A DNA stretch of 63,973 nucleotides, the filler included, from an uncultured bacterium (lineage in GTDB: Bacteria > Latescibacterota > UBA2968): assembly GCA_964471275.1 (NCBI GenBank). It is 13 parts of 13 records of this genome, joined end to end, with 100 filler letters (N's around TTAATTAATTAA, not from the genome) between each part and the next. Parts side by side here need not be neighbours in the genome. Positions count along the whole stretch, not along the records: positions 10,354 to 15,345 come from CAYYGZ010000293.1; positions 15,446 to 20,400 come from CAYYGZ010000294.1; positions 20,501 to 25,436 come from CAYYGZ010000295.1; 10 more parts are not named here. One strand, given 5' to 3'. Position 1 is the first letter of the stretch; each line of letters begins with the position of its first letter. Below, piece by piece: positions 11,691 through 22,198 of this stretch. Made by a program: the position numbers and the translations under genes. The notes under the pieces were generated by a model. It worked only from the letters and a program-made list of their open reading frames with translations, was not told the origin of the DNA and searched no databases.

Positions 11691-12258
11691 CGGTCGTAAG
11701 AAAGGTCGACATGCATCCGATATCAACAGCCGATCCATCCAGATTCTTTGGTCCGAGGTTATGGCGTGTGGAGATGGTCCTTGGAGGCACTAACGCAGAG
11801 GATGAAGTTGAGAATACTGTTCACCAAACTCGCAGATCGGTTCCGGGGCCGAGCCCCGAATAGCCCGGGCCGTCAGGCCGTCCGAGCCAGCCTCTGGTCT
11901 CGCGCGGAAATCACGCACGGTGCCGCAGCCAGCACGCAGAACACGAACGGATAACCCATCGGCGCTCAACACGGGTCAGGTGGCTGTTGTGGAGGAGACA
12001 ATACCGGCAGGTCATCCAATCCACACCAGATCAAGGTTGAAACTTCCTGACTTCCAATGCATCCAACTCCACACGATATCACGCACGACAGTCCTTCTCC
12101 TCATACTGCTGCTTGCACTTCTTCCACGCGAATCTTCTAGTACACGCTGACAACCAGATTTCAGAGATCATTGCCGGGCATCGGGAAGTGGCTTAGATTT
12201 CGGGCGCGATCCGAACCCCGGATGCAACTTACAGCACTCTCGTTGACCCGGTAACGCA

Positions 12259-13014
12259 ATGCCAGAACGAGCCTACTTCATTTCCGACGCACATCTTGGC
12301 GTCCCGAACGGACGCCGGAGCACCGACGATCATCAGGATGCGTTGATCGCGTTTCTGCGTTTTGTTGGCGAAACGGGCACCCAGCTATACATCGTTGGTG
12401 ACCTTTTCGATTTCTGGTTCGAGTATCGGTCTTCCGTCCCGACGATCGGGGCACGTGTCATCTTTGAACTGTATGCGCTCGTTCAGCGCGGGGTAGAAGT
12501 CGTTATCCTGCCTGGCAACCACGATATCTGGCTTGGCGACTACCTGAGTCAGCAGGTGGGTCTCAAGATCGCGCCGAATCCGCTTGTTCACGAGATCCAG
12601 GGGAAGAAGCTGTTCATTACGCACGGTGACGATTTCAAACCCAGCGTGCAGTTCTCGATCAGCCGAGCAATCCTGAAGAGTACTTTCTGTATCAGGCTGT
12701 TTCGGCTTCTTCATCCGGACATTGGGGTCGCGCTTGGCAGGATGATGACGCATCTGTCCGATCACCGCGCGAGAATCAAACCCCGCAATGATCGTCGCGT
12801 CTACGAACACGTTGCGGAACGTTTGATCGGTGAGGGTCACGACATTGTGGTGTGCGGCCACTTCCATCACGGAATCGACCTGCCTATTTACGAGGGGCAG
12901 CTCATCGTGCTGGGGAATTGGATCAGGTCAGATACCTATGCGGAAATGGAAGACGGACAGATCAGGCTGATGCATTGGAATGGGGTGGAAGGCGAACCGG
13001 TCGAACGCCAGTAG
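12259..13014 (+). CDS. lpxH: UDP-2,3-diacylglucosamine diphosphatase (metallophosphoesterase)
   Basis: FISDAHLG, GDLFDFWFEY, GNHD, THGD, GHFH motifs. Confidence 0.8.
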   Translation: MPERAYFISDAHLGVPNGRRSTDDHQDALIAFLRFVGETGTQLYIVGDLFDFWFEYRSSVPTIGARVIFELYALVQRGVEVVILPGNHDIWLGDYLSQQVGLKIAPNPLVHEIQGKKLFITHGDDFKPSVQFSISRAILKSTFCIRLFRLLHPDIGVALGRMMTHLSDHRARIKPRNDRRVYEHVAERLIGEGHDIVVCGHFHHGIDLPIYEGQLIVLGNWIRSDTYAEMEDGQIRLMHWNGVEGEPVERQ

Positions 13015-13024
13015 TCCGGTGAAG

Positions 13025-13696
13025 ATGATGTCCGATGTGATCCCTTTTTACGGAGCAGCGGATCCTGAACTGTTCGAGATCGAGCGACGCTGCATGGACC
13101 GCGACGGTGTTCTGCTCGACGATCTTGACGGCAGTCTGCCATCAGGATGCGTTCTCGATGTTGGTGCAGGAAACAGGTTTACGGCGGCCTGGCTGACAGC
13201 CGCGACTCGACGGGTGGTTGCCTGCAAACCCAGCGATGGCATGGTTACGCCGAGTGTTCCGCTGCCCTGGATACAGGGCAGCGCACAGTATCTCTCCCTG
13301 AGCGAAGACAGCGCCGATGTCGCTTACGCAACCTGGGCATACTTCTTTCCGCAGTGGCAGAACATACAAGATGGACTCGATGAATTGCATCGCGTGGTGC
13401 GTCCGGGAGGGTCTGTTCTCATCGTGGGCAACGCGGGCAATGATGCATTCTGTGGCTTGAGCGAACGGGACCTGGCAAGCGATGCAGCGTGGTGGGAGAC
13501 GAGAGGGTTCAGTCGAACGGTCGTGAACTCAGCCTACCGGTTCAATGATTTCGGGGAGGCCAGAAGATTGTTCGATTTCTACTGGTCATTCAACGGGAGA
13601 CCGGAAGGCACAGAACTGACGCTGAAGATCGGGTTCGATATCGCGATCTACGGAAAGACGGTCTGGCCAGCGCAGGGCTCATCACGATTTCGCTGA
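13025..13696 (+). CDS. Class I SAM-dependent methyltransferase
   Basis: VLDVGAG motif I, ELHRVVRPGG. Confidence 0.8.
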   Translation: MMSDVIPFYGAADPELFEIERRCMDRDGVLLDDLDGSLPSGCVLDVGAGNRFTAAWLTAATRRVVACKPSDGMVTPSVPLPWIQGSAQYLSLSEDSADVAYATWAYFFPQWQNIQDGLDELHRVVRPGGSVLIVGNAGNDAFCGLSERDLASDAAWWETRGFSRTVVNSAYRFNDFGEARRLFDFYWSFNGRPEGTELTLKIGFDIAIYGKTVWPAQGSSRFR

Positions 13697-13723
13697 TCTC
13701 CCCGCACCCTTACCAGAACACAG

Positions 13724-13759
13724 AAAGCCGTCGCGATGGTCTGTCGCGACGGCTTTTTT
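13724..13759 (+). terminator. Rho-independent terminator
   Basis: AAAGCCGTCGCGA-loop-TCGCGACGGC followed by TTTTTT, downstream of the methyltransferase. Confidence 0.85.
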
Positions 13760-13764
13760 CTGTC

Positions 13765-13977
13765 CTACCCAAGCAGGTCGACCCTGCCTCCCACACCCTC
13801 ATTACGTGAGGCAGCAAGCTGCCTGAAAGTATTGCCAAGAAGTCCCTGACTGACCTTTGGGAGCGTCTCGACTGCGCCTTCAGCACTTTGGGGTGGTGGG
13901 ATCGGCCCCGACGGCACTGCGATGTTGCGAAGCAGCACCTTGGGACTCAGGTCGGCACCTAACACCCGTCCAGGCAT
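13765..13977 (-). CDS. Small hypothetical protein
   Basis: ATG preceded by GGAGG; converges on the terminator; no recognisable family. Confidence 0.35.
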   Translation of the reverse strand: MPGRVLGADLSPKVLLRNIAVPSGPIPPPQSAEGAVETLPKVSQGLLGNTFRQLAASRNEGVGGRVDLLG

Positions 13978-14207
13978 AGGAGCCTCCAAGAAAAGGTGAT
14001 CCCTCCTCCCCCTTCCGTGGGTTTATCGGATGTCAATCCCTGACTCTAGAAAGAAGATAGGGGATGCCATTTCGATATGCAAGCCCCCGAATGAGATATC
14101 TTCTGTATAGTCAGTCGGTTAGGTGACAGGAGAGCAAGGCGCAGAGGGCAAAGCGAAACATTAGGGCGAACAGGTTGCCTGCGCAATCGGTTCCTGGGTG
14201 CTAGATT

Positions 14208-14263
14208 CTTGCCGACTTGCCGACTTGCCGACTTGCCGACTTGCCGACTTGCCGACTTGCCGA
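14208..14263. repeat. Perfect octamer tandem repeat (CTTGCCGA)x7
   Basis: Seven exact copies read directly, just after the stop of the minus-strand gene ending at 14266. Confidence 0.97.
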
Positions 14264-14265
14264 TC

Positions 14266-15345
14266 TTATCTCTCCCCCCAGTATTCCTCAAGATCGACCA
14301 GATCCTCTACATCCATCGAACAGACCTGCGAATATCCATCAAGCACCTCTGTGTAGGAGAGCTCCTTCCGATCAGGCGAAAGGAAGGGGTGGGCGTGGAA
14401 TCGCTGGCCACGTTGAATCGGGGTCAGCGTCTTGAGCACGCGCAGCTCGTACCGATCGGGATCGTGAGGATAGTGGGCGGACAACAGCTGGTGTGTGTCA
14501 CCGTCGTCATTCTCGAAGAACAGGAACCTCCCTGCCGGGTCAAACCCGGTGTGAACATACCCGAGTCCGGGCATCTGGACTTCGTCAAACGTGTCGGTGA
14601 CGACGTCGTAACGACCGAACCAGTTCTCACGCCCGTCAGCGCCTCGCTTGACGGCTTCGTAATAGATGCCATCGTCCGTGACGACCTGATGAACGATCGA
14701 GCCGTGGTCGTCCTCAGGACGCAAGGTTCGGACATCGCTGCCGTCGACGTTCACGATCCACATGCCGTGTGTGTCCTTTGGATGATTGACGAGTAATCGG
14801 TCGGCGTCCAGGTAGAAGACGTGATGTACGTGGTAATCGAGGTCGATCACGTCTGATATCGTACCGGATTGCGTGTCGATCAGGCTGATCGTACAGGGAA
14901 CGTTGTTTCGCCATTCCTGGTGGCCACCTGTCCATTCGAATCGCTTCATGTTCTGCAATGACTCACGATCCGAATAGGCTCGTGTAAACATCTCCCGGTC
15001 GGCGTGGATGAAGGCGAAGGTTCTTCCGTCCGGTGAGAATCCCGTCTGACCGATCGATATCCGACCGGGAAGGCTACAGATGAAACGGTTCTCAAGGCAG
15101 AGCAGGTTTGTCGATCGAATCTCCTCATCCTGGAAGTAGAAGACATCGTTCGTGACGACATTCAGGGCGCTCAAGTGGTTGTATATACCGCGGAGATGAG
15201 GCTGACACCAGATCGCCCAGCCCGACTCACGCGTGTGGCCATCAGTCAGCTGAACTATCTCGCCGGACTGTGTATCGAGGCAATACAGCTGGACATACCC
15301 GCTTCGCTCACTGTGAAACACGAGGTGACGGCTGTCTGCTGTGTA
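14266..15345 (-). CDS. Oligogalacturonate-lyase/TolB-like beta-propeller protein, 5' truncated
   Basis: FHSERSGYVQLY, FSPDG, HAHPFLSPDRKELSY. Confidence 0.65.
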   Translation of the reverse strand, partial: YTADSRHLVFHSERSGYVQLYCLDTQSGEIVQLTDGHTRESGWAIWCQPHLRGIYNHLSALNVVTNDVFYFQDEEIRSTNLLCLENRFICSLPGRISIGQTGFSPDGRTFAFIHADREMFTRAYSDRESLQNMKRFEWTGGHQEWRNNVPCTISLIDTQSGTISDVIDLDYHVHHVFYLDADRLLVNHPKDTHGMWIVNVDGSDVRTLRPEDDHGSIVHQVVTDDGIYYEAVKRGADGRENWFGRYDVVTDTFDEVQMPGLGYVHTGFDPAGRFLFFENDDGDTHQLLSAHYPHDPDRYELRVLKTLTPIQRGQRFHAHPFLSPDRKELSYTEVLDGYSQVCSMDVEDLVDLEEYWGER

Positions 15346-15472
15346 NNNNNNNNNNNNNNNNNNNNNNNNNNNNNNNNNNNNNNNNNNNNTTAATTAATTA
15401 ANNNNNNNNNNNNNNNNNNNNNNNNNNNNNNNNNNNNNNNNNNNNAGTAACGCTTTCTTGCCATGACGACCC

Positions 15473-15529
15473 CTTTCTATGTCCCATATCCTAACTCTAG
15501 AACTGGGAACATTCTAGGGGGGCAAGTCA
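15473..15529 (+). mobile_element. IS3-family right-end relic
   Basis: 57-nt near-copy of 16756-16812, ending GGGGGCAAGTCA. Similar to the end of the IS3 element at 41010-41047. Confidence 0.65.
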
Positions 15530-15534
15530 GCGGA

Positions 15535-16632
15535 CTAGCGGTAGGCTTCGACCTGTTCAGATAGCGCGCGCGCTTCCGCTTCGGTTGCCGCGTTGGTCGT
15601 GATGAACATGCCCTTCCCGCCGCAGGCGTCCAGCAGGGGGATCACTTCGTCGGGGTTGACGCCGATGGCTTGAACGGACTTGCCGCCGTCGAGTATCCGG
15701 CGGTACAGATCCCAGTGCCGAGGGTGTCCGCCGCTGTCGCCGACGGACAGTCGGCGCGGGGTCCACTCGATCGCCTGGAGCGACGGGATTTCCAGAAGAG
15801 CATCCACATTCGGGAGACAGTCTTCCCCGTCGAGATGGTAGAGCGCGAAATCCAGCCAGTCACACTGTCGCGTCAGTGAGGGCAAGACGAAGCGCCGAAA
15901 CATGTCCGGTCCGAACGTGGCACAGGCGTCGCACTGCACCTTCGCTGTGCGACCTGGCCCCCACACGTTGAAGATGAAAGCGTTACCGCCGAATCCATCG
16001 CGGACCACATCCGCGAACGCGTCGAAAGCCTCGAAGTAGACCTCGTTGATCTCTGCGACCTTTTCCTCGACCCACTCGGGGCGATCCATCAAGTCATACA
16101 GAAACGTCTGTGGCCCGCGCATGGCCGACAGGATGTCGACGTTCTCCACCAGATCGGGAGGCATGACCAGCCAACGGCCGTCGCTTTGCCTTACAGCAAG
16201 CTCAACGATCTCCAGATGTCGGCAGAACGGATCGGCGTCCCGGTTCAGTCTGATTGAGGGAGAGCTCTCGGGTGGGTCGTCGATGCAGGGCTCGCACCAG
16301 ACGGTCTGCGCAGAGAGGGTCGCCTCACAGCCCACGTAGAGCGCCAGGTCACCCGCCGCGCTGACCGAGCGGAAGATCGGGAACGCGTCGCCGCCATAGT
16401 AGCGGTTCGAGATTTCGTACTCCTGCTGGAGAAGCCGCCACTCAGGATCGAACCAGCGTTGGGCGAGCGTCGCAGGTGCGGGAGGCTGTGCAGCGTCGCC
16501 AACCGGCTCGTTACGCGGGGCCGTCACCCACAGCACCAGCCCGTCCTGATGCCACCAATCGATGTGGTGCTGCCGAGCAGATGACCAGTTTTCCTTCCAT
16601 ACCAGATCCGTCATCCCAGCCGTCTCGGGCAT
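15535..16632 (-). CDS. Uroporphyrinogen decarboxylase/cobalamin-methyltransferase-like TIM-barrel protein
   Basis: LSAMRGPQTFLYDLMDRPE, VQCD, FRRFVLP, LYHLDG. Confidence 0.65.
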   Translation of the reverse strand: MPETAGMTDLVWKENWSSARQHHIDWWHQDGLVLWVTAPRNEPVGDAAQPPAPATLAQRWFDPEWRLLQQEYEISNRYYGGDAFPIFRSVSAAGDLALYVGCEATLSAQTVWCEPCIDDPPESSPSIRLNRDADPFCRHLEIVELAVRQSDGRWLVMPPDLVENVDILSAMRGPQTFLYDLMDRPEWVEEKVAEINEVYFEAFDAFADVVRDGFGGNAFIFNVWGPGRTAKVQCDACATFGPDMFRRFVLPSLTRQCDWLDFALYHLDGEDCLPNVDALLEIPSLQAIEWTPRRLSVGDSGGHPRHWDLYRRILDGGKSVQAIGVNPDEVIPLLDACGGKGMFITTNAATEAEARALSEQVEAYR

Positions 16633-16683
16633 GCAGTCTCCTCGCGCATCGATAAGGGCACGACGTCCGTGGCATCCGCACAT

Positions 16684-16812
16684 TGGCCTGCCCCCATCTG
16701 TGTGTCCACATCCAGAGCTAGGATGCTGTATAACATTTTCTGGCTACATGGCCCTCTTTCTATGTCCCATATCCTAACTTTAGGACTGGTAACATTCTAA
16801 GGGGGCAGGTCA
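16684..16812. mobile_element. 129-bp mini element made of two inverted IS3-type ends
   Basis: Starts TGGCCTGCCCCC and ends GGGGGCAGGTCA. The left part is the near reverse complement of 41005-41047. Confidence 0.65.
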
Positions 16813-16829
16813 CGTTCAGGTCCGTACAC

Positions 16830-16864
16830 AAAAAAACCCCGCAGAGGTTATCTGCGGGGGTTTT
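16830..16864 (-). terminator. Rho-independent terminator of rpsU
   Basis: CCCCGCAGA/TCTGCGGGG stem flanked by A and T runs. Confidence 0.85.
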
Positions 16865-16865
16865 C

Positions 16866-17060
16866 CTACCCTTTCAGAGCCAATCGCTCTGCCTTCGCCC
16901 GGCGTCTCATCGCCTCTTCACGTTTGCGCTTCCGCTTGAGGGAAGGCTTTTCGTAAAAGCGGCCCTTCTTGACGTCCTTCGTGATGCCTTGCTTCTGCAT
17001 CTGGCGCTTGAGAATCTTGAGCGCCTTTTCAACGTTATTGCCGTAGACCTCTACAATCAT
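16866..17060 (-). CDS. rpsU: 30S ribosomal protein bS21
   Basis: VEVYGNNVEKALKILKR...FYEKPSLKRKRK. Confidence 0.93.
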   Translation of the reverse strand: MIVEVYGNNVEKALKILKRQMQKQGITKDVKKGRFYEKPSLKRKRKREEAMRRRAKAERLALKG

Positions 17061-17374
17061 TGTGAAGCCCCCTTCTGTCGGTTTGTTTTCCGGAAACCGC
17101 CTGCCTTCTGAGGCTCCCCTAGGACCCGCACACGATGTTATGAATCGGTTCGAAAGTCAAGTCTGCAACGGAGGGGACAATTTCCAGTCAACAAACATAC
17201 CATATTCGAGCACTATTGGGTCATCTAAAATCACCTTCCTGGCCCCAAAAGCACATAAAATGCTGTAAAATAAGTCTTTCTCTTGTCCAAGAATATGATA
17301 AATCTGGATCCGCGGCTGAGAATCTGGCGGCGATCAGGACACCTTTTTGCACCTTGAGACTGCAAATCGGCGAT

Positions 17375-18256
17375 TCAGAGACCCAATTCGGCGATCGATT
17401 GCTCGATTTCAGCCATTTCGTCTCCAGACAGCGGCAGCCCGGGAGTCCTGGGTGGGCCACACGACTCACCGATTCTCGAGCCGACAGCGGCCTTGATAAT
17501 CGCGTGGAAGCCCCGCCCGGAGCCGGTGATGGCTTGCCAGGCGATTCGCGCTCGGTGTTGAGCTGCCTCCGCGGCGGCCAGATCGCCCGATTTATATGCC
17601 TTCCAGATTGCCACCCACAGCTCAGGGAATGCATTCGGCGGACCATCGACACACCCGGCGGCTCCAATCGTGAGCCCCGGCAGCATCAGCAAACAGCTCC
17701 CCGTCATACAGTCCAGACCCATCTGAGCGAACGTCCAGATGTTGGCAAAGGGCAGCGCCGAGTGTTTCAGCCCCTGCAGTTGAGGGACACCCTCCTGGAT
17801 CTTCTTCATCAGGTCCGGCGTAATCTCAACGCCCGTTGCCGATGGCAGATTGTAAACAAACAACGGCTTGTCCGCGGCCGATCCCACCGCTCGATAGTGC
17901 GCGACGATCTCCGCATCTGAACGTCTGTAGAAGAATGGCGGAACACAACAGATCGCGTGACAACCGACATATGCTGCGTGTTCTGCGAGTGCCGCCGACC
18001 GCTCGGTCGTCGGTGCCCCGACGTGCATGATGATTTTCGCCCGATCCCCAACGACCTCAGCACAAACGCTGGCAACCCGCCGGTTCTCGTCATCAGTGAG
18101 CAAAACGCTTTCCCCTGTCCCGCCCGCTACCCAGAACCCGTGCACGCCAGCATCCAGATTAAACTCGAGAACCTTTCTCAGCACGTCTTCATTCAGTTTT
18201 CCGTCCGGATCATTCGGCGTAATCAGTGCGGGCAGAATACCTTCGAATCTCTCCAA
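17375..18256 (-). CDS. Dihydrodipicolinate synthase/N-acetylneuraminate lyase family aldolase
   Basis: GILPALITP, GGTGE, YNLPSATG, GLKHS. Confidence 0.9.
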   Translation of the reverse strand: MERFEGILPALITPNDPDGKLNEDVLRKVLEFNLDAGVHGFWVAGGTGESVLLTDDENRRVASVCAEVVGDRAKIIMHVGAPTTERSAALAEHAAYVGCHAICCVPPFFYRRSDAEIVAHYRAVGSAADKPLFVYNLPSATGVEITPDLMKKIQEGVPQLQGLKHSALPFANIWTFAQMGLDCMTGSCLLMLPGLTIGAAGCVDGPPNAFPELWVAIWKAYKSGDLAAAEAAQHRARIAWQAITGSGRGFHAIIKAAVGSRIGESCGPPRTPGLPLSGDEMAEIEQSIAELGL

Positions 18257-18383
18257 ATGGACCTCGCTAACTACCGGGTGTGGGGTGTGGGCTTTGCGCT
18301 CTCCATTGCTTCTACGGGCAGCGCAAGCAAGATAGCATTACATTGTCTAACCGTCACTCACCGATACGACAGTGGAGTAAGCC

Positions 18384-20339
18384 TTGCAAACAGATCCCGC
18401 AATTCAAAGCTCACATATCAGGGGCCGGCACATTGCCTGGCTCGCAGTCTGCTCGCTGCAGGCCTGCCTTGCCCCCGACCCGGGCGACCAGACAACGCCG
18501 GACTCGATCGCCGAGCGCAGAGAAGTACCCAGGCTGGCATCCGCCGCCCCCGCATCGATCGATCCTGGACTGCTGGTGAAACGAGAATTCCACGAAGCAC
18601 CTCTGCTTGTCGGGCGCGTCGCAGATGGCCAACTACCTCCCGTATCCGAACGGCTTCCCGACAGCCCGCTGGTCATTCGTCCTCTTCAGCAAACGGGCAC
18701 CTATGGCGGAACACTTCGTCGCGCGCTGACCGGCGACATCGTACAATCTCCCGGCCCCTCGAAGACGATGGCCGAGAACCTGATGGGCTATTCTCGTCCG
18801 ATGCCGGACAGCCTCGAACTTCAGATTGCTCAGAGTTACACACTCACAGAAGGCGGTAGAGTCGCCATCTTCAAACTTCGAAGGGGGCTCCGCTGGTCAG
18901 ACGGTCACCCTTTCTCCACCGACGACATCCTGTTCCATTACGAGGATCTGGTCCTGGACGAAAATGCGCGCCAGGGAGTCGCCCCGCCTGCGGGCTGGAT
19001 GATCAATGGGGAGCCAATGATCTTCGAGAAGATCGACTCTACCACGCTGCGTGTATCGGCAAAGAGACCGATGGGTCGACTGCTTCACCAATTCGCGCGT
19101 GAGATAACCGCATCGCCGAAGCACCGGCTCTCACACCTGCACCCTCGCTACAATCCCGAAGCGAAGTATGAGATGCTCCGGGACAGCACCACGAGTGCGA
19201 TGCGCGTCATCAGGCCAGGCATGCCGACAATGTCTGCCTGGCGACCCGTCGAATGGATTCGCGGACAACGAATCGTCTACGAACGAAACCCGTTCTACTG
19301 GAAGATCGATACAGAGGGTAATCAATTGCCCTATGCAGACAGCCTAGTTTTCAACGTCATCCAGGATCCGCAGGTCATCCTCCTCAAGTTCATCAACGGC
19401 GAGATCGACTTGTTCGGCCGCTACACGCGGATCGACATGTTTCCCGTTCTAAAGACCGAAGAAGCGAAAGGCAGGTTCAGGCTCCGCATAACGGGGCCAA
19501 ACAGGGGACCAACCTACCATCTCAACTGGGATGCACCCGACCCGCGCTTACGAGAAGCATTCAGAGACAAACGCGTTCGGGTTGCGCTCTCCCACGCTGT
19601 AAACCGCGAGGAGATCAACCAGATCGTATTCCACGGCCTGCTCGAACCATCGGGCTACTCTTTCGGTCCCCTGAGTCCCTACTTCTCGGAGGAAGCATAC
19701 CAGAAGTATGCTCACCACGATCCTGATCGCTCTCGTAGACTGCTGGATGAGGCTGGCTATGTCGATCAGGACGGTGACGGGTATCGCGAGTTCCACGACG
19801 GTTCGATCTTCGAACTCACAATCGACTTTGTCCACCCCGGTGGGATCTTCAACGGAGGGCCCGTATCGGAACTGCTGACCGACCATTGGAGGGACATCGG
19901 TATAAAAGTCCATCTCAACGGCGGCCTGCGAGACATCATAGTTCCAAGGAGGTACAACAATGAATTCGACATCCACTACTGGGGTCTTGAAGGCCCCAAC
20001 GACCCACTGACCTACGCGATCGGGTGGGGCATCCTCGGATCAAACGTACCGTATTGGCACCAGAATGCCTCGGAGGAAGGCCCGAACTGGCTGTGGGAGG
20101 CGACGAAGGCGCTTCAGATCGCAATGATGACAACCGACCCGGTCGAGCTCCGTCGTCACATGGTTCGCGTCCGTGATCTACATTCTGAGAACGTTCCCCT
20201 CATCACGATCGGCTCCGTCTTCAATGTCTGGGGTGCGAGCACTCGCCTTGGCAATGTCCCCCTCGAGAACGTTGCAGACAATGCGTTCCTGGGCTGGTCC
20301 CGCCCCGTCTACCACGAGCAGATATACGTGTACGAGTAG
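18384..20339 (+). CDS. ABC transporter substrate-binding protein, family 5
   Basis: GQLPPVSERLP, YGGTLR, LRWSDGHPFSTDD, ERNPFYWKIDTEGNQLPY. Confidence 0.9.
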   Translation: MQTDPAIQSSHIRGRHIAWLAVCSLQACLAPDPGDQTTPDSIAERREVPRLASAAPASIDPGLLVKREFHEAPLLVGRVADGQLPPVSERLPDSPLVIRPLQQTGTYGGTLRRALTGDIVQSPGPSKTMAENLMGYSRPMPDSLELQIAQSYTLTEGGRVAIFKLRRGLRWSDGHPFSTDDILFHYEDLVLDENARQGVAPPAGWMINGEPMIFEKIDSTTLRVSAKRPMGRLLHQFAREITASPKHRLSHLHPRYNPEAKYEMLRDSTTSAMRVIRPGMPTMSAWRPVEWIRGQRIVYERNPFYWKIDTEGNQLPYADSLVFNVIQDPQVILLKFINGEIDLFGRYTRIDMFPVLKTEEAKGRFRLRITGPNRGPTYHLNWDAPDPRLREAFRDKRVRVALSHAVNREEINQIVFHGLLEPSGYSFGPLSPYFSEEAYQKYAHHDPDRSRRLLDEAGYVDQDGDGYREFHDGSIFELTIDFVHPGGIFNGGPVSELLTDHWRDIGIKVHLNGGLRDIIVPRRYNNEFDIHYWGLEGPNDPLTYAIGWGILGSNVPYWHQNASEEGPNWLWEATKALQIAMMTTDPVELRRHMVRVRDLHSENVPLITIGSVFNVWGASTRLGNVPLENVADNAFLGWSRPVYHEQIYVYE

Positions 20340-20500
20340 CCCGGATTCTCCGACCTGCCCATCACATATCACAGAAGTCTGGCCTCCCGCAATGGTTCCC
20401 NNNNNNNNNNNNNNNNNNNNNNNNNNNNNNNNNNNNNNNNNNNNTTAATTAATTAANNNNNNNNNNNNNNNNNNNNNNNNNNNNNNNNNNNNNNNNNNNN

Positions 20501-20906
20501 GGTCGGGTGCCGCATCGCCAAGCTTCGAGAACCTAGCGTCATCCAGCATACCTAGGATATCTTCACGCACATGCAACCACGAGTTGTGCAGAGGGCAGGT
20601 GTTCCCATCGCCGCAGTCCGGTAGTCCAAGAACGCATTGCTTCAGCGACTGCGGACCGTCCACGGCCTCGACAACCTCGCGAAGTGAAATCTCCGCGGAC
20701 GACCTTCCCAACTGTATCCCGCCCCCCGGTCCTTTCCTGGCATCGACCAGATCTCGTTTGGACAGATCCTGAACCACTCTTGCCAAAAACGGATATGGAA
20801 TGTCCAGATGTGCAGCCACGTCATGGATCGGTTGCGGGCCATCGTCCTGTGTGCCGGTCAGATACGCGAGGGCCCGAATCGCGTGCTGGCATCCTTTTGA
20901 AGGCAT
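20501..20906 (-). CDS. Rrf2 family transcriptional regulator, 3' end at contig edge
   Basis: HAIRALAYL, ARKGPGGGIQL, ISLREVVEAVDG, CVLGLPDC...CPLH Fe-S ligands. Confidence 0.9.
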
Positions 20907-20951
20907 TAGGACAACATTCCAAACATCAGCTTACTTTTTAGGAATCCTAAT

Positions 20952-20986
20952 ATAAAAACCAGAACTCTTTTCCTTTTTATTGTCAA
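20952..20986. promoter_or_regulatory. Candidate operator/promoter in divergent intergenic region
   Basis: ATAAAAA-N15-TTTTTAT inverted repeat (20952-20980) next to a minus-strand TTGACA (20981-20986). Confidence 0.35.
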
Positions 20987-21058
20987 GTCGCACCTTGACC
21001 TTTTTTGCACATGTCCGTGTATTCCGTGCCGATCCTGACACATAACTGAGGCCTCAAA

Positions 21059-22198
21059 TTGCGCATCCTGGTCCTTATACCTGCGGCTATCAGCCTCGTG
21101 CTCGGTCTTTCGATTGGCCTGGTCCGGCTTGGATATGGCGTGCCACTTCCTGACTATGACCTCCTGATCGCCCACGGAACGTTGATGGTGTGTGGCTTCT
21201 TCGGGACACTCATCTGTCTCGAGCGATCCGCCGTTCTCCAACATCCTCTCGCATATGCCGTTCCCATTCTTTGTGGCCTCGGTGTCCTGGTACAGCTCGC
21301 CGTTCCCGCACACGGATCGGGAGCGATATTCTTCGTCCTGGCAGCGGTCGGCCTTGCCTTCCTCTACGCAGGGCTCCCGGGTGCGAGAGATACCGGCTTC
21401 TTTGTGCAATTGGCAGGCGCAATCGCCTGGATCATCGGCACCGCAGGCCTTTACTTCGCTCTGCCCAATTTTGTCCTGATCCCGTGGTGGATGACATTCC
21501 TGGTCCTGACAATTGCCGGTGAGAGACTTGAGCTCTCCCGCTTCCGGCAGCCTTCTCGACTCGCCGTCGGTTGCTTTATCGTCCTGGGAGCTTCTTATTT
21601 TTTAGCTTCCGTCGCGACGCTCCTCACCTTCATCGTCGATGTGACGGCGGAAATTCGATCAACTGAGTTTGGCGATCGCTTTGCCTCAGAGTGGTGGGAA
21701 GTGAGTCAATCGACAATGGGCCTCTCGGCAGTCGGCATGTCGCTCTGGCTGGTTCGCTACGACCTGGCTCGAAGTGCGCTCAAGCGGCCAGGACTCTCTC
21801 GGTTCACTGCCGTGTGTCTCCTTGTCGGCTACGTGTGGCTGGCCGTCTCGGGGGTAACCACGCTTCTCGCGCCCACCGTCATCGGAGGTCCCTGGCACGA
21901 TTCGCGCCTCCACGCGGTATTCCTCGGCTTCGTCCTGTCCATGGTCTTTGGGCACGCCCTGATTATCGGCCCCGGGGTGTTCGGTGTTGCCCTGAAGTTC
22001 CACCGGAGCTTCTACGTCGCCCTCATCACGCTCCACGCAAGCGTCGCTCTGCGCTATGTATCCGATCTCCGCGCGGACTTTGTCGGGCGCAATCAATCTG
22101 GTGTAGTCACCGTCGTATCCGTGGGCCTTTTCATGCTCTGCATCGCGTTTTCGCGTTGGCTTGGCTGGAGAACAGAATGTCAACAGAAACCAGCCTGA
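21059..22198 (+). CDS. Multi-pass membrane protein (NnrS-like)
   Basis: Many hydrophobic helices; HGTLMVCGFFGTLICLER, LTIAGERLELSR, HAVFLGFVLSMVFGH. Confidence 0.6.
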   Translation: MRILVLIPAAISLVLGLSIGLVRLGYGVPLPDYDLLIAHGTLMVCGFFGTLICLERSAVLQHPLAYAVPILCGLGVLVQLAVPAHGSGAIFFVLAAVGLAFLYAGLPGARDTGFFVQLAGAIAWIIGTAGLYFALPNFVLIPWWMTFLVLTIAGERLELSRFRQPSRLAVGCFIVLGASYFLASVATLLTFIVDVTAEIRSTEFGDRFASEWWEVSQSTMGLSAVGMSLWLVRYDLARSALKRPGLSRFTAVCLLVGYVWLAVSGVTTLLAPTVIGGPWHDSRLHAVFLGFVLSMVFGHALIIGPGVFGVALKFHRSFYVALITLHASVALRYVSDLRADFVGRNQSGVVTVVSVGLFMLCIAFSRWLGWRTECQQKPA

